Program-made: the position numbers and the translations under genes
In this document: piece by piece, positions 63,982-64,000 of the stretch
Layout: every line of letters begins with the position of its first letter
Numbering within the stretch: the stretch's first letter is position 1
From: Balanoglossus misakiensis
Taxonomy: Eukaryota; Animalia; Hemichordata
DNA length: 64,000 nt
Direction: 5' to 3'
Assembly (NCBI GenBank): GCA_040954595.2
Contig: CM082595.2
Span: forward strand, 3,767,943-3,831,942
Notes under the pieces: model-generated
Told to the model about the DNA's origin: nothing
Seen by the model: only the letters and a program-made list of their open reading frames with translations
The model's database searches: none

Positions 63982-64000
63982 CAATGTTCAAATGGCAGAA
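63982..64000 (+). CDS. PDE9A: PDE9-like phosphodiesterase, start of coding exon 6 (truncated by window end)
   Basis: Acceptor GTATTTTTTACAG in phase 2 gives (S)NVQMAE, open to the window edge. Confidence 0.7.

Overview
AT-rich, intron-dominated eukaryotic (metazoan) genomic DNA, not prokaryotic. The strong TACATGTA enrichment, MITE types and SINE suggest a marine invertebrate, plausibly a deuterostome (inference). Nearly all ORFs in the supplied track look spurious. The main gene, found by reading splice sites, is a + strand PDE9-like cGMP phosphodiesterase with six phase-consistent coding exons (7470-7557, 46523-46672, 63225-63273, 63390-63492, 63674-63810, 63982->64000). They give MTTKVIYFIVAGKPEQAEFRSDFPADDIKDCFRAAAEAGPNDILKLYNTKGNIVNISPKLEENTPDDRYKLEVVATHCTNSSATQLGFDLAAMETRLQHMEKKVVTEGGETPSIVYELRNKVEQFREKLETVEHLSWLGLFKEIPCENSPPFYTNKKLRKTPEEERRVWEKFRKISNVQMAE. 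Intron 1 is ~39 kb and intron 2 ~16.5 kb; the catalytic domain lies beyond the window. A divergent - strand gene of unknown identity starts at 3516. The introns hold pogo/Tc1-type and piggyBac-type MITEs, palindromes and several tandem arrays. The best leads are a candidate internal promoter plus hydrophobic alternative first exon (34678-34762), which would give a membrane-anchored PDE9 isoform, and many RFX X-box and CRE motifs across the locus. I see no CRISPR array, rRNA, intact tRNA or autonomous transposon, and no convincing wholly new biological system.
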